Origin: Candidatus Multivoradales bacterium
GTDB lineage: Bacteria > Acidobacteriota > Thermoanaerobaculia > Multivoradales > JAHEKO01
DNA length: 64,000 bases
Assembly (NCBI GenBank): GCA_965223855.1
Contig: CBDCXM010000009.1
Location: 1,536,001 to 1,600,000, forward strand
Direction of reading: 5' to 3'
Translations under genes and position numbers: made by a program
Shown here: positions 16,775-26,779 of the stretch, piece by piece
How positions within the stretch are numbered: the first letter of the stretch is position 1
Layout of the letters: every line of letters starts with the position of its first letter
Notes under the pieces: model-generated
What the model was told of the DNA's origin: nothing
Databases searched by the model: none
Seen by the model: the letters and a program-made list of their open reading frames with translations, nothing else

Positions 16775-19267
16775 ATGTCGAGAGCGATGTTCAGGCCATT
16801 TCTGACGGGTTTCGCGATGCTTCTGGTAGCGGGTCTGGCGATGGGTGCGACCCTCACGGTCGACAGCGATACCGATGACGGAACCGGGTGCACGCTGCGG
16901 GAGGCGGTGGCGTCGGCGAACGGAGACTCCGCCGTGGGAGGGTGCGCGGCAGGAAGCGGCTCCGACACGATCGTCTTCGACGGCTCCCTGGCCGGCTCGA
17001 CGATCACGCTGACCTCGAACGACGACACGTCCTTCGGCCCGTCCGCTCTCGAGGTCTCGAGCAACGTGACGATCGAAGGCCCCGACGATGGCCCGGGCAT
17101 CACGATCACCAGGAGTGGGCCGGGGCGGCTGATCTATGTCACCGGTGGTGGAGATCTGACGGTGCGCGATCTCACCCTGACCGGCGGCACCGCGACCGGC
17201 TTCGACGGCGGCCCTCGCTCCCGCGGTGGCGGCGGTGGCGGCGGCGCCGGGATGGGTGGTGCGATCTTCAACGAAGGTGAGGTCCACCTCGTGCGCTCGA
17301 CTCTGAGCGGCAACACGGCGGTGGGGGGCGAGGGGGGTGCGGAACGCGAGTTCAACCAGCCGCCGGACGGCAGCTTCGGCGGTGGTGGTGCCGGAGTGGC
17401 GGGAGATGGCGCCTTCGGCGGCGACTCGCCGGGCGCGGGCGGCGCGGGTGGCGGTGGTACGGGCGGCAGCGGTGGTGAGGACTGCACCGACGGCTTCGGC
17501 GGTTCGTTCGGCTCCGGTGGTGGCGGCGGCGGCGCTGACACCAATGGCGACCCGGGCTGCGACGGCGGCACCGGCGGACTCGGCGGCGGTGGTGGTGGCG
17601 GCGGCTCCGGCGCGCTCGGCAAGGGCTCGGGTGGCGGCGGCGGCTTCGGTGGCGGGGCCGGAGGCGATGGAGGCGTGGAGTCCATCATCCCCGGCGGCGC
17701 GGGCGGCGGCGGTGCCGGCCTCGGGGGAGCGATCTTCAATCACGACGGCCTGGTCACCGTGACCAACAGCACCCTCTCGGGCAATTCCGCCGTGGGCGGT
17801 CCCGGCGGCACAGCCGTGATCGGCTCCGGCGGCGGTGAGGACGGCCAGGGGCTCGGCGCGGCGATCTTCAACTACAGCGGGATGCTGTTCATCCTCAACT
17901 CGACGCTCTACGACAACGACGTGGACGGCTCCCCGGGCAGCGAGGGAGCGGTGGTCAGCCGCGGCGACGGTGGGGCGGCCAACGATCTGATCGACAACTC
18001 CATCCTCGCCGGCACCCGGGACGGCGGTGCGGTGGTCGCCGACTACGTCTCCAGCACCAACGCCGGCTTCGGCGGCACGAACAACTACATCGAGACCACT
18101 TCGGCCGGATTCCCGAACCCGGTGACACCGGCGACGGAGGGGATCGGCGGCCTGGCCGACAACGGAGGCCCGACTTTCACCCACGAGTTGACGGCGGCCA
18201 GCGACCTGATCGACCAGGGCGACGTTGCGGTGGCCGGCGGGTTGACGACCGACCAGCGCGGCTACATCCCGCGGGACACGGGCGGCATTCCGGACGTCGG
18301 CGCCTACGAGTTCGGCGCCAGCCCGCCCAACTCACCGCCGGTCGCGGACGCCGGGCCCGACCAGACGGTCGAGTGCTCGGCGCCGATGGGCGGCACCGAG
18401 GTCACCCTCGACGGGAGCGGCTCGAGCGACCCCGACGACGATCCGTTGACCTACACCTGGACGGGGCCGTTCCCACAGGGCGGCGGCACGGTGACCGGCG
18501 TGATGCCCGTGGTGACGCTGCCGCTGGGCGTCCACGTCATCACGCTCGAGGTCGACGACGGCAACGGCGAGCAGGACACCGACACGGTACAGATCACCGT
18601 GGAGGACACCACGCCGCCGGACATCACTCTCAACGGCGACAACCCGATGGTGCTCGAGTGCGCTATCGACAGCTATGACGAGCCGGGGGCGGTGGTCACC
18701 GACATCTGCGACGACGACCCGATGCTCGACATCACCGGCACGGTCGACACGGCGACGCCGGGCACCTACCCGATCACCTACACGGCGACCGACGCCAGCA
18801 GCAACATGGCACAGGAGATCCGCGACGTCTTCGTGGTCGACACCACGCCGCCGGTGATCACCGTGCTGCCGAGCCCCATCGTGCTCTGGCCGCCAAATCA
18901 CAAGTACGTCGGCGTCAGTGTGGCGGACATCGTCACCTCGGTCGTCGATCTGTGTGACACCGGGGTCGGCATCGGCGACGTGGTCGTCACTTCGGTGTCG
19001 AGCGACGAGGTGGAGAACGGCAAGGGCGACGGCAACACGCTCAACGACATCGTGATCGCCGACGACTGCCGCTCAGTCAATCTTCGCTCGGAGCGGAGCG
19101 GCAGATCCAACGGACGGGTCTACACCATCCACCTCGCGGCCACAGACGCCGACGGCAACACGGGGACGGCTTCGTTCCAGGTGCAGGTCCCGCACAGCCT
19201 GGGGAGTGGCCCGGCGGTGGATGACGGGCCGGTCTACACGGAAGTGAGTGCCTGCGGGGGCGCGTAG
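16775..19267 (+). CDS. Large secreted glycine-rich protein (CSLREA-like N-terminus, choice-of-anchor Q-like, PKD and Ig-like domains)
   Basis: GCTLREA, GGAIFN repeats, LADNGGPTFTH, DVGAYE, PVADAGPDQ...LDGSGSSDPD, DTTPP repeats, LWPPNHK. Confidence 0.85.
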   Translation: MSRAMFRPFLTGFAMLLVAGLAMGATLTVDSDTDDGTGCTLREAVASANGDSAVGGCAAGSGSDTIVFDGSLAGSTITLTSNDDTSFGPSALEVSSNVTIEGPDDGPGITITRSGPGRLIYVTGGGDLTVRDLTLTGGTATGFDGGPRSRGGGGGGGAGMGGAIFNEGEVHLVRSTLSGNTAVGGEGGAEREFNQPPDGSFGGGGAGVAGDGAFGGDSPGAGGAGGGGTGGSGGEDCTDGFGGSFGSGGGGGGADTNGDPGCDGGTGGLGGGGGGGGSGALGKGSGGGGGFGGGAGGDGGVESIIPGGAGGGGAGLGGAIFNHDGLVTVTNSTLSGNSAVGGPGGTAVIGSGGGEDGQGLGAAIFNYSGMLFILNSTLYDNDVDGSPGSEGAVVSRGDGGAANDLIDNSILAGTRDGGAVVADYVSSTNAGFGGTNNYIETTSAGFPNPVTPATEGIGGLADNGGPTFTHELTAASDLIDQGDVAVAGGLTTDQRGYIPRDTGGIPDVGAYEFGASPPNSPPVADAGPDQTVECSAPMGGTEVTLDGSGSSDPDDDPLTYTWTGPFPQGGGTVTGVMPVVTLPLGVHVITLEVDDGNGEQDTDTVQITVEDTTPPDITLNGDNPMVLECAIDSYDEPGAVVTDICDDDPMLDITGTVDTATPGTYPITYTATDASSNMAQEIRDVFVVDTTPPVITVLPSPIVLWPPNHKYVGVSVADIVTSVVDLCDTGVGIGDVVVTSVSSDEVENGKGDGNTLNDIVIADDCRSVNLRSERSGRSNGRVYTIHLAATDADGNTGTASFQVQVPHSLGSGPAVDDGPVYTEVSACGGA

Positions 19268-19410
19268 CGGAGACTTCGGGCTCGGTCCGGAAGCTTTTCG
19301 TCGAGGGGGAGTTCTTGGCCGTCAGCCGCTCAGGGCCAGGAGCCTGCACCCTTCCCGCAACCGAATCGAGTGCAGTATCCAACCGACGCATACCGGAAGA
19401 GGAGAGAGCG

Positions 19411-20226
19411 ATGAGGAACTTTGTCTGGGGGACGATGTTCGTGACGGTGGCTGCCCTGGCAGCCCAGCCGGTGGAAGCAGCCCAGCCCGGCGATCTGATC
19501 GATGAGGGCACAGTGGACCTGCTGCGTGCCGCGCGAGAGGAGTTCAGGGGCACGGCTGGTGAGGCTGCAGTCACCGAGGATCAGGTGGGAGACGCCGACT
19601 CGTTCGGTCGCGACAAGATCTATCTGGGCGTCTCGCAGACCACGCCGGTGGTCGTTCAGGCGGACTGCACCGGCTCTCCCCCGGAGGAGGTTTGCATCGA
19701 ACACCTTCCTGCGCCGGCCACGACCTCCGTGGACGAGTTCGACCTGGGCATGATCGAGCTTCCCGACCGCGCCTCCAACTCCCTGCTTTGCTTTACGTTC
19801 ACCCAGTTCTCCACCTGGCTCTGGGGCAACACCACCGGCTCCACGCAGACGGGAAGCATGGGCCTTCTTCTCACCGTGCAGATCGAGAACGACGTGCTGA
19901 ACGGGCTGACCAACTCCGACGGCTTCCCGTTCAACGGATCTCTGTTCCTGGACAACACCGGCGCGCCCTTCCCCGAGGGGATCCTGGTGTCCACCCGCCA
20001 GAACACCCTGCCCGACGGTGCCTTCGAGATTCAGCGTGAGCGAACGACCAGGAGCTGCACCGGCGGCCTCGTCAGCGCTAGGTCGCTTCGCGCCGAGGGC
20101 CTGACCGACGCGCAGATCAAGGATTTCTTCAAGGAGCCGATGACCGTGAGGTTCGGCGTGCGGGGTACGGTGAGGATGACCGAAGTGGCGATCTTCTTCG
20201 GTGGCATCCGCATCTACGGCGACTGA
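19411..20226 (+). CDS. Hypothetical secreted protein
   Basis: GAGGAG SD, signal peptide ending VEA, host-like codon usage. Confidence 0.75.
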   Translation: MRNFVWGTMFVTVAALAAQPVEAAQPGDLIDEGTVDLLRAAREEFRGTAGEAAVTEDQVGDADSFGRDKIYLGVSQTTPVVVQADCTGSPPEEVCIEHLPAPATTSVDEFDLGMIELPDRASNSLLCFTFTQFSTWLWGNTTGSTQTGSMGLLLTVQIENDVLNGLTNSDGFPFNGSLFLDNTGAPFPEGILVSTRQNTLPDGAFEIQRERTTRSCTGGLVSARSLRAEGLTDAQIKDFFKEPMTVRFGVRGTVRMTEVAIFFGGIRIYGD

Positions 20227-20287
20227 CGCGGGCTGAGGGCCGGACCGCGAGCGGGGGCCGCTCGGGCCCGGCACCGTCCGGCGGGCG

Positions 20288-20518
20288 CTACCGTTCGACC
20301 CTGCTCTCAGGAGGGTCGTGGTCGTTGGGATCGAAGTCCCGCGTGTTGGGCCGCTCGGCGGCCGTGCTGGTCGGCCCGCCGCGTTCCTCGCGCTCGACCA
20401 GCTCTTCGATCGGCGTCTCGAAGTCCGGATCGTCCGGCTGCAGGGTCGGATCGACATGCTTGACGAGGATTCGGTGGGGCCCTTGGGGCTCGATCGCCTG
20501 GCTTGTTTCGATGATCAT
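20288..20518 (-). CDS. Small acidic hypothetical protein
   Basis: AGGAG SD before ATG; C/G third-position bias. Confidence 0.5.
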   Translation of the reverse strand: MIIETSQAIEPQGPHRILVKHVDPTLQPDDPDFETPIEELVEREERGGPTSTAAERPNTRDFDPNDHDPPESRVER

Positions 20519-20725
20519 GCTCGGCTCCTGGTCGCTGGAGTGAGTCTTCGGCGCGGACTTCGCGCCGAAGAACAGGCACTTCCAAGTTTATAGATAGTGA
20601 AAGAAAAGAGTATCAGAAGGGCCGCGGCGGCTGATCAGCGGCAGGAGGCCGGTCAGAGCCGGTGTGGGTTGGTAGGCTGAAAACGTCGCGTACGGTCCAA
20701 CACTCACCGGCGGAGCTCCGAACGG

Positions 20726-21094
20726 ATGGCCACGACCACTCCCGAACACGACGAACGAATCGCGAAGATGAAGTTCTCCTCCGTCTACCCGCACTATGTG
20801 ACGAAGGTCGAGAAGAAGGGCAGGAGCAGGGAGGAGCTGCACCAGGTCATCCACTGGCTCACCGGGTTCGACGACGGCAGGCTGCAGCAGCTCATCGACG
20901 CCAACGTCACCTTCGAAGAGTTCTTCGACCAGGCGACGCTCCACCCGAACGCGCACCTGATCAAGGGCGTCATCTGCGGCTACCGGGTCGAAGACATCGA
21001 GAACCCGCTCACGCAGAAGGTCCGGTACCTCGACAAGCTCGTGGACGAGCTCGCCAGGGGGAAGAAGATGGAGAGCATTCTCCGGGCCGGATAG
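20726..21094 (+). CDS. DUF2200 family protein
   Basis: [47 protein letters not shown]. Confidence 0.9.
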   Translation: MATTTPEHDERIAKMKFSSVYPHYVTKVEKKGRSREELHQVIHWLTGFDDGRLQQLIDANVTFEEFFDQATLHPNAHLIKGVICGYRVEDIENPLTQKVRYLDKLVDELARGKKMESILRAG

Positions 21095-21127
21095 GGAAGG
21101 TCAGGCCAGCGTGGGGCTGACGCAGTC

Positions 21128-21600
21128 CTACGCCGACCCAACAGCCTCGGCCAGCAATCCCTCCAGATCCAACCGACGCGTGAACATCGCGAGCCCTCCC
21201 TCCGTGTCCCGAGGCCACTCGCTCTCCGGGCGGTCCCAGTAGAGCTCGAGGCCGTTGCCGTCGGGGTCGCGCAGGTAGAGCGCCTCGCTCACGCCGTGGT
21301 CGGCGGCGCCGTCGAGCTCGATTCCGGCCTCGAGGAGCCGGTGCAGAGCCGTGGCCAACGCATGCCGGGTCGGGTAGAGGAACGCGACATGAAAGAGGCC
21401 CGTGGTTCCCGGAGCGGGTGGCGAGCCGCCCCCCTGCTCTCCCAGGTGTTGAGGCCGACGTGCCAGTGGTGGTAGCCGCCAGGATTGGTGTGGGCGCTCA
21501 GGAACGCGTGCTAGCCTGGTCCGCCCATCCTCTGGGTCAGCACTCGAAGCCCAGAACATCGCGGTAGAAGGCGACAGCACGCTCGAGGTCTGCGACCGGA
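21128..21600 (-). pseudogene. VOC/glyoxalase (CatE-like) gene with frameshifted 5' half
   Basis: VADLERAVAFYRDVLGFE and GGYHHWHVGLNTWES lie in different frames from the intact GLFHVAFLYP...DHGVSEALYLRDPDGNGLELYWD. Confidence 0.8.
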
Positions 21601-22451
21601 TGGAGAAGAAGCGCCGAAGGATGCGAACGGCAATCCTCTGCCAGTCAGGCTAAAGACGATCGTCAGAGCGGATTCTTGGTCTCGTTCACTTGGTGATGTG
21701 TGCGCGTTGCCGACCAGATCCCGGGACGTTCAGAGATCCGTCGTGACGCAGTTTGAAGAACAGCCAGCCGACGCGAACGAACAGAGACGGAATCGTCCTT
21801 AAGATTTTTTTCGATGAATGTGACCGACTCGAGCCTGCGGGTCGATGGGTGGCTGGGTCGTCACGTTGGCCGGGCGTCGGGGGGGCGTTCCAGAAGCCCG
21901 GCCACTCTAACTCGCGGGCCGTTTCTCGATCGCCCCATCCACCGTCTGGCCCCCATCGGAGCGATTTCGCGTTCTCTCCAACATGAGCCGCCGGAGAAGA
22001 TGAGTCGAAGCGTTGCGCTATGCTGAGAGGCAAGCACATAAATCTTCGATCCGCACCGGCAGCCACCCGACAGCAACTCTGCAAGGAGTTCCGCATGACC
22101 GATCCCGAACCCATCGAAGACGTCGAGTACCTCTCGAAACTGCATGTCGTGTCCCGTGAGGCTGAGGAGGCAGGTCGTGAACGAAGCTCGCTTCTCATTC
22201 GTCACCTTTCGCCGCTCGCCATCTCGTCGGTCAGACCGACCAAGCGGTGTCGTGGATGGCCTCTCCATCCGACCCGTCCTATGCTCGTCGACGCCGCGGT
22301 CGCCGCAGCGTGTCAAGCCCCTCAGACCGAAGACCCGTCCTTCGTCGAGTCCAAGCCCCCGAAGAAGAGTCCTAGGACTCTTTCGTACTCGCGAGCCTTT
22401 CACCGGCCCGATCACGCCCCAACAGCCCGGAACGGGCAAGGAGACCAACCC

Positions 22452-22724
22452 ATGGCATTCCCCACCTCAGTCAACAGTCAGATCACCGATGCGGTCACCC
22501 AGGCCAACCTCAAGGTGCTCGGGGACGCCCCCGCGGTGGCGATCGGCAACCTCTATCAGGCGACCGCCCAGGCGCTGAGCAACGCCGCCCACAACGCGAC
22601 CATGGCGCAGCAGCAGACCAACATCACCGCTCAGGCCGCCACCACCCAGGGTGTCGCGACGTTGCTGGCGCTCGACACCGCAGCCACCAGCGTCGCCGTC
22701 GCCGAGGAGGTGGAGTCCGGATGA
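22452..22724 (+). CDS. rebB: RebB family R-body protein
   Basis: MAFPTSVNSQITDAVTQANLKVLGDAPAVAIGNLYQATAQAL...NA..QQQ...QAATTQGV is the canonical Reb sequence; AAGGAG SD. Confidence 0.93.
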   Translation: MAFPTSVNSQITDAVTQANLKVLGDAPAVAIGNLYQATAQALSNAAHNATMAQQQTNITAQAATTQGVATLLALDTAATSVAVAEEVESG

Positions 22725-23041
22725 GCGGCAGGGGCTCGACCTCGGTCAACGATCAGATCGTCGACGCGGTTCGCGAGACCAACGCCGTCAACATCGGTAC
22801 CGCGGAGGCCGGTTCGAAGGCGCTGCTCGACATCGTGATGGCGCAGACCGTCGGTATGTCGATGCACAATGCCGTCACCGCGCAGCACAACGACCGCATG
22901 GTTGCCGAGGCGGCTGTGGCCGCCACCTGCGCCCGCCTGCTGGCGGCGCACCGGCTCCCGCAACCGGTATCGCCAAAGCGTGGCGGTCCGACGACGAACG
23001 AGAAGCCGGCCAAAGGGAAGTCGCCGACGCCCGGCAAGTAG
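22721..23041 (+). CDS. Reb-like protein 2
   Basis: SVNDQIVDAV...MAQTVGMSMHNAVTAQHN...AAVAATCARLL; ATGA overlap with rebB. Confidence 0.85.
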   Translation: MSGRGSTSVNDQIVDAVRETNAVNIGTAEAGSKALLDIVMAQTVGMSMHNAVTAQHNDRMVAEAAVAATCARLLAAHRLPQPVSPKRGGPTTNEKPAKGKSPTPGK

Positions 23042-23059
23042 GCCGGGAAGGACAGAACG

Positions 23060-23428
23060 ATGGCAGAGAACCACAGCTCAGCAACCTCGAGTCCGGAGCT
23101 CGACGACCTCATCGCGGAGGTCACGCAGGCCGATGCTGCCGGCAAGGCCTACCACGCCGTAGCCCAGGCGACGGCGATGGCCGTTCAGGACGCCGTGGAC
23201 CACTTGCGAAACGTCAGCACCGTGGCAGGGACCGCGATCGGCGTAGCGCTGGCCGAGTTTCTGGAGACCGGCGAGCAGAACGCGTTCGACACTGCGGTCG
23301 AGGCCGCTACCAGTACGGTCAGGGCCGCGACGAACACCTTCTCGGAGGTCGGCACCGCAGCGGCAGCGGTGCTCAACGGCTTTCCCTCGGGAGACGAGGG
23401 GAGTGGCCCGACGGACTCTCAGGCCTAG
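23060..23428 (+). CDS. Reb-like / Reb-associated protein 3
   Basis: GKAYHAVAQATAMAVQDAVDHLRNVST, Ala/Thr-rich, same operon. Confidence 0.75.
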   Translation: MAENHSSATSSPELDDLIAEVTQADAAGKAYHAVAQATAMAVQDAVDHLRNVSTVAGTAIGVALAEFLETGEQNAFDTAVEAATSTVRAATNTFSEVGTAAAAVLNGFPSGDEGSGPTDSQA

Positions 23429-23443
23429 GGAAGAAGGTCCGAG

Positions 23444-24610
23444 ATGACCGTTCAGATCGCAGGCCACCTCATCACCTCCCCCGAGCAGTTGTCCGAACCC
23501 GCCCGTGCCGTCGTCGGCCTGATCGTCGACGGCGAGGACTGGCTCCGCAGCGCTATCGGGGATGCCGGTCACCACTACCACTTCCCGAGCGAAGGGGCAC
23601 TCGTCAGCGGAGTCCAGAACGGGCTCCACGGCAGCGAGCTTCTGCTGGTCCCGGGCCTCGGCCTCCAGGTGAGCGCCGAGAGGCTGTTTCAGGTGCCGCC
23701 GGAACTTCTGAGAGCGGTCGAAGAGGCGGCCGCCGCCGGCAGCTACGAGCCGACGGTGACGACGCGCAGACTGCTGGCTCAGTCGAAGCTGTGGACCGCC
23801 GATGAACTGGCGGGTGGCCAGATCGCCCTCACGCAATTCGGCCTTCGCGACGACCCGCTCTTCCAATCTCTCACCCTCGGGGACGCGATCGTTTTGTTCG
23901 ATCTGTTCGACTCGACGTACGACTCGACGAACCACTCGAAGGCCGCGGCCTCGTTCGCGGCGGACCGGGCGGTGACCCCTCGAGAGTTTGCGGACTACTA
24001 CCGCTTCTACGTGACCGTCGCAGAGGCTTCCCGAAGCGAGGGTGGCGCAGACGAGAGAGTCGCGACGGCGCTCGAGCTGCTGCGCCCCGTCGTCTGGCCG
24101 CGACTGCGGTGCCCGCACGTCGCCTACGATCCGTCGCCTGAGACGGTCGGAGCTCTGGTGCGCTCCTGGCTGGCGGAAGGCGAGCCCGCGGTCGGCTTCG
24201 CCACCGCAAGTCGCGCAGTCGCCGAACTCGCTGAGGTGGCGGGCGGGACGATCTCGGTCGCCGAGGACGCCGAGGCCGCGGCCGAAACGTTCATCGAAAC
24301 CTCGACCGCCGTCCTGTCCTCCCAAGACCCGCGGGAGGGCGAGCTGTCCCAGGACGGTGCCGTCCAGCTCTTCAGCGTCGAGGCGCCGGACGGTGCCCGG
24401 GTCCTGCTCGTCCACGATCGGACTCACGGCGCGCTGGCGGTCCACTCGCTCGAGATGGCCCCCGGCATGACCGAGTCGTCCGGCACGACTACCCGCAAGA
24501 CCCCGAAGAAGGCGGCGAAGAAGGCCGCCAGGAAGACGGCAAAGAAGGCGGCGAAGAAGGCGAAGCCAGGCATGGCGAAGAAGAGCGCCGGGGCGACTGC
24601 AAAACAGTAG
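23444..24610 (+). CDS. Reb-cluster hypothetical protein with Lys/Ala-rich tail
   Basis: 15 nt downstream of reb-like 3; host-like codon usage; C-terminal KKAAKK repeats. Confidence 0.75.
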   Translation: MTVQIAGHLITSPEQLSEPARAVVGLIVDGEDWLRSAIGDAGHHYHFPSEGALVSGVQNGLHGSELLLVPGLGLQVSAERLFQVPPELLRAVEEAAAAGSYEPTVTTRRLLAQSKLWTADELAGGQIALTQFGLRDDPLFQSLTLGDAIVLFDLFDSTYDSTNHSKAAASFAADRAVTPREFADYYRFYVTVAEASRSEGGADERVATALELLRPVVWPRLRCPHVAYDPSPETVGALVRSWLAEGEPAVGFATASRAVAELAEVAGGTISVAEDAEAAAETFIETSTAVLSSQDPREGELSQDGAVQLFSVEAPDGARVLLVHDRTHGALAVHSLEMAPGMTESSGTTTRKTPKKAAKKAARKTAKKAAKKAKPGMAKKSAGATAKQ

Positions 24611-24691
24611 GGTCCAGCGACTCCTGTGCCATAGTCGCGCGAAGTCGATGGCTTCCCCGGCACAGGCACTCACCGTTCCGCAGGCGATGGA

Positions 24692-25825
24692 GTGAACCCT
24701 CTTTCGACCGGCTGCGGGTACCCCGCGGCTCAGCGTCCAGCGGTCCGCCTGATCTGCCTGGGGCTGGTCCTCGGCCTGCTCGCGCCGCTCCCGGCGCCGG
24801 CGCGCTCGAAGACGCGGCCGATCAATGCCGAGACGGCGGAAGAGGTGGCTCTCTTCTTCGCCCTGGAGTCGATGCGGCGACTCCGCGTGCCGCTGGTGCT
24901 GCGATTGGTCTTTCCGGACGGTTCGAGTCGCGAGGAGGAGCTCGAGAGGATCCGCCAGAGCCCGCCGAGGCTCAACGCCAGCAACGTCGTCTATCCCTTC
25001 GGCGACAAGAACGCCCTGTCGATGGTGCTTCACGAGGGCCGGGGTGTCCTGTCGTGCCGCTACTCGTTGTCCGAGAAGCGGGGCACGGTCGGCGGCTGGG
25101 GCCTGACCGGGCCGGAGATGGCCGCCGTCCTCAACGAGCATTCGACGGCTCGCGAGCGGGGCGGCGCCGAGTGGTCCTACGACCCGATTCGCGACTCCGT
25201 CGGGCTGCAGCGCGACTTCAGCTCGCTGCCGGCCGATGACGACAAGCTCTATCGCGAACTCAACCAGTTCATGAAGACCGGCAACTGGTGGTTCAACGAG
25301 CGCTTCGTCAAGCGCCTCGTGCCCCTGGTCGAGGCCCGCCAGCCGCCCGCGTCAGCCAGCGCCGAAGAGGAGGGGTTCGGCGCCACTCTCGTCCTGCGCC
25401 ACTTCTCGCAGCAGAACCACGAGATGGGGGCACACTTCGCCGGAAGGTACCTGCGGGGTTGGGATCGGAAGTGGGGGCATCGGGCGCCGCGCGTGGTCTC
25501 CGATCGCGCGCTCGACATCGACCAGTTGATGTACATCTGGGTGCACTTCGAGGGGGCAGGAACCGGCGAGCCTCTCGCCGAGGCGGCGGTCTACGCCAAG
25601 GTCCGGATCGTACGGCCCGACGGCAGCCTGGCGGTCGACGAGATCACGCTCCCGCTGTGGCGCGGCGAAGCGCCGCCCGGCGGCCATCTGCAGATCGGCA
25701 TGAACAACGTCTCGTTCTCGCTCGACGCCGACGAACCCAGAGGCGACTGGACGATCGAAGCGCGAGTGTGCGAAGACGGGCGCGACCGCTGTGTCGACCT
25801 GCGCCACGACTTCGTCGTGCGCTAG
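24692..25825 (+). CDS. Hypothetical exported protein
   Basis: Hydrophobic N-terminal segment, coherent codon usage. Confidence 0.65.
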   Translation: MNPLSTGCGYPAAQRPAVRLICLGLVLGLLAPLPAPARSKTRPINAETAEEVALFFALESMRRLRVPLVLRLVFPDGSSREEELERIRQSPPRLNASNVVYPFGDKNALSMVLHEGRGVLSCRYSLSEKRGTVGGWGLTGPEMAAVLNEHSTARERGGAEWSYDPIRDSVGLQRDFSSLPADDDKLYRELNQFMKTGNWWFNERFVKRLVPLVEARQPPASASAEEEGFGATLVLRHFSQQNHEMGAHFAGRYLRGWDRKWGHRAPRVVSDRALDIDQLMYIWVHFEGAGTGEPLAEAAVYAKVRIVRPDGSLAVDEITLPLWRGEAPPGGHLQIGMNNVSFSLDADEPRGDWTIEARVCEDGRDRCVDLRHDFVVR

Positions 25826-25832
25826 GCCGACG

Positions 25833-26537
25833 CTAGTCGCGAGACAGGAAGAGCCGCAACACGTACCAGAACATCAGCGCCACCGAGGCGAAGAGCTCGA
25901 GCGCCGCGCCGACGTAGCGATCCTGGGGGAAGTCGCGAAGGATCGTCGAGGTGTCGTAGAGAATCGCGGCGCCTGCGAGGCCGATCATGGCTACCGAAAA
26001 GTAGGTCCCCAGGTCGAAGCCGAAGGCGACGCCGCCGACGATCAGGGCCAGCGCGACGACTCCGCCCCACTTGAGGAGGCTTCCCAGGAACGAGAAGTCC
26101 TTGCGCGTGAACCAGACGATCGCGGTCAGCCCGGTAAAGGCGAAGAGAGTCACGGCGGCCGCGCTCCGCAGGACTCCCGGAGCCGCGTACTGAGCCATGT
26201 AGAGCATCGGGACGAAGATGATCGCCTCCGCCAGCACGAAGCCGCCGAGGGCGAGGTACTGGGTCTGGAGACTCTTCGCCCGGTGGGCGGCGCGAGAGGC
26301 GATCCAGCTGACCACGACGAAGCCGCCGAGGACGAAGAGCCAGTTCACCCCGAGAAGAGCGTTCGCGATCGACGCGGCCAGGCCCGTCTTGAAGAGCACC
26401 ACCTCGACGAGAACGAACGCGAGCATCGCGCCGAACAGATGCGTGTAGGTGCGCCGGACGAACTCCGTGCGTTCTCCGAAGTCCAGGGCGGATTCGGGTT
26501 GCAGCGGCTCTGCCGAGTATTCGCGCTGATGGTCCAC
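25833..26537 (-). CDS. Bax inhibitor-1/YccA family membrane protein
   Basis: FVRRTYTHL, KDFSFLG, ILYDTS, AALELFASVAL; GAGGAG SD before GTG 26537. Confidence 0.9.
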   Translation of the reverse strand: MDHQREYSAEPLQPESALDFGERTEFVRRTYTHLFGAMLAFVLVEVVLFKTGLAASIANALLGVNWLFVLGGFVVVSWIASRAAHRAKSLQTQYLALGGFVLAEAIIFVPMLYMAQYAAPGVLRSAAAVTLFAFTGLTAIVWFTRKDFSFLGSLLKWGGVVALALIVGGVAFGFDLGTYFSVAMIGLAGAAILYDTSTILRDFPQDRYVGAALELFASVALMFWYVLRLFLSRD

Positions 26538-26587
26538 GGCTGCTCCTCTCTGGGAAGTGTTTCGCCAAACTAACACGTGAGCACGGT

Positions 26588-26656
<69 letters not shown>

Positions 26657-26779
26657 TTCGGGGCCTTCAAGGGGAGAGCTGAGGGAGTGGCGGACGACCG
26701 GAGATTCCTAGGAGCCTTCTCGGGCTTCGCTCGGTACCTCTACCAGCGCACTCCGTCGGATGGGGGAGAATGGAGCCGA

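Noticed and set aside
17200-17860. Gly-rich tract as PE-PGRS/collagen, and the antisense poly-Pro ORF
   Set aside because: Low-complexity insert in a secreted protein; no PE domain or Gly-X-Y period.
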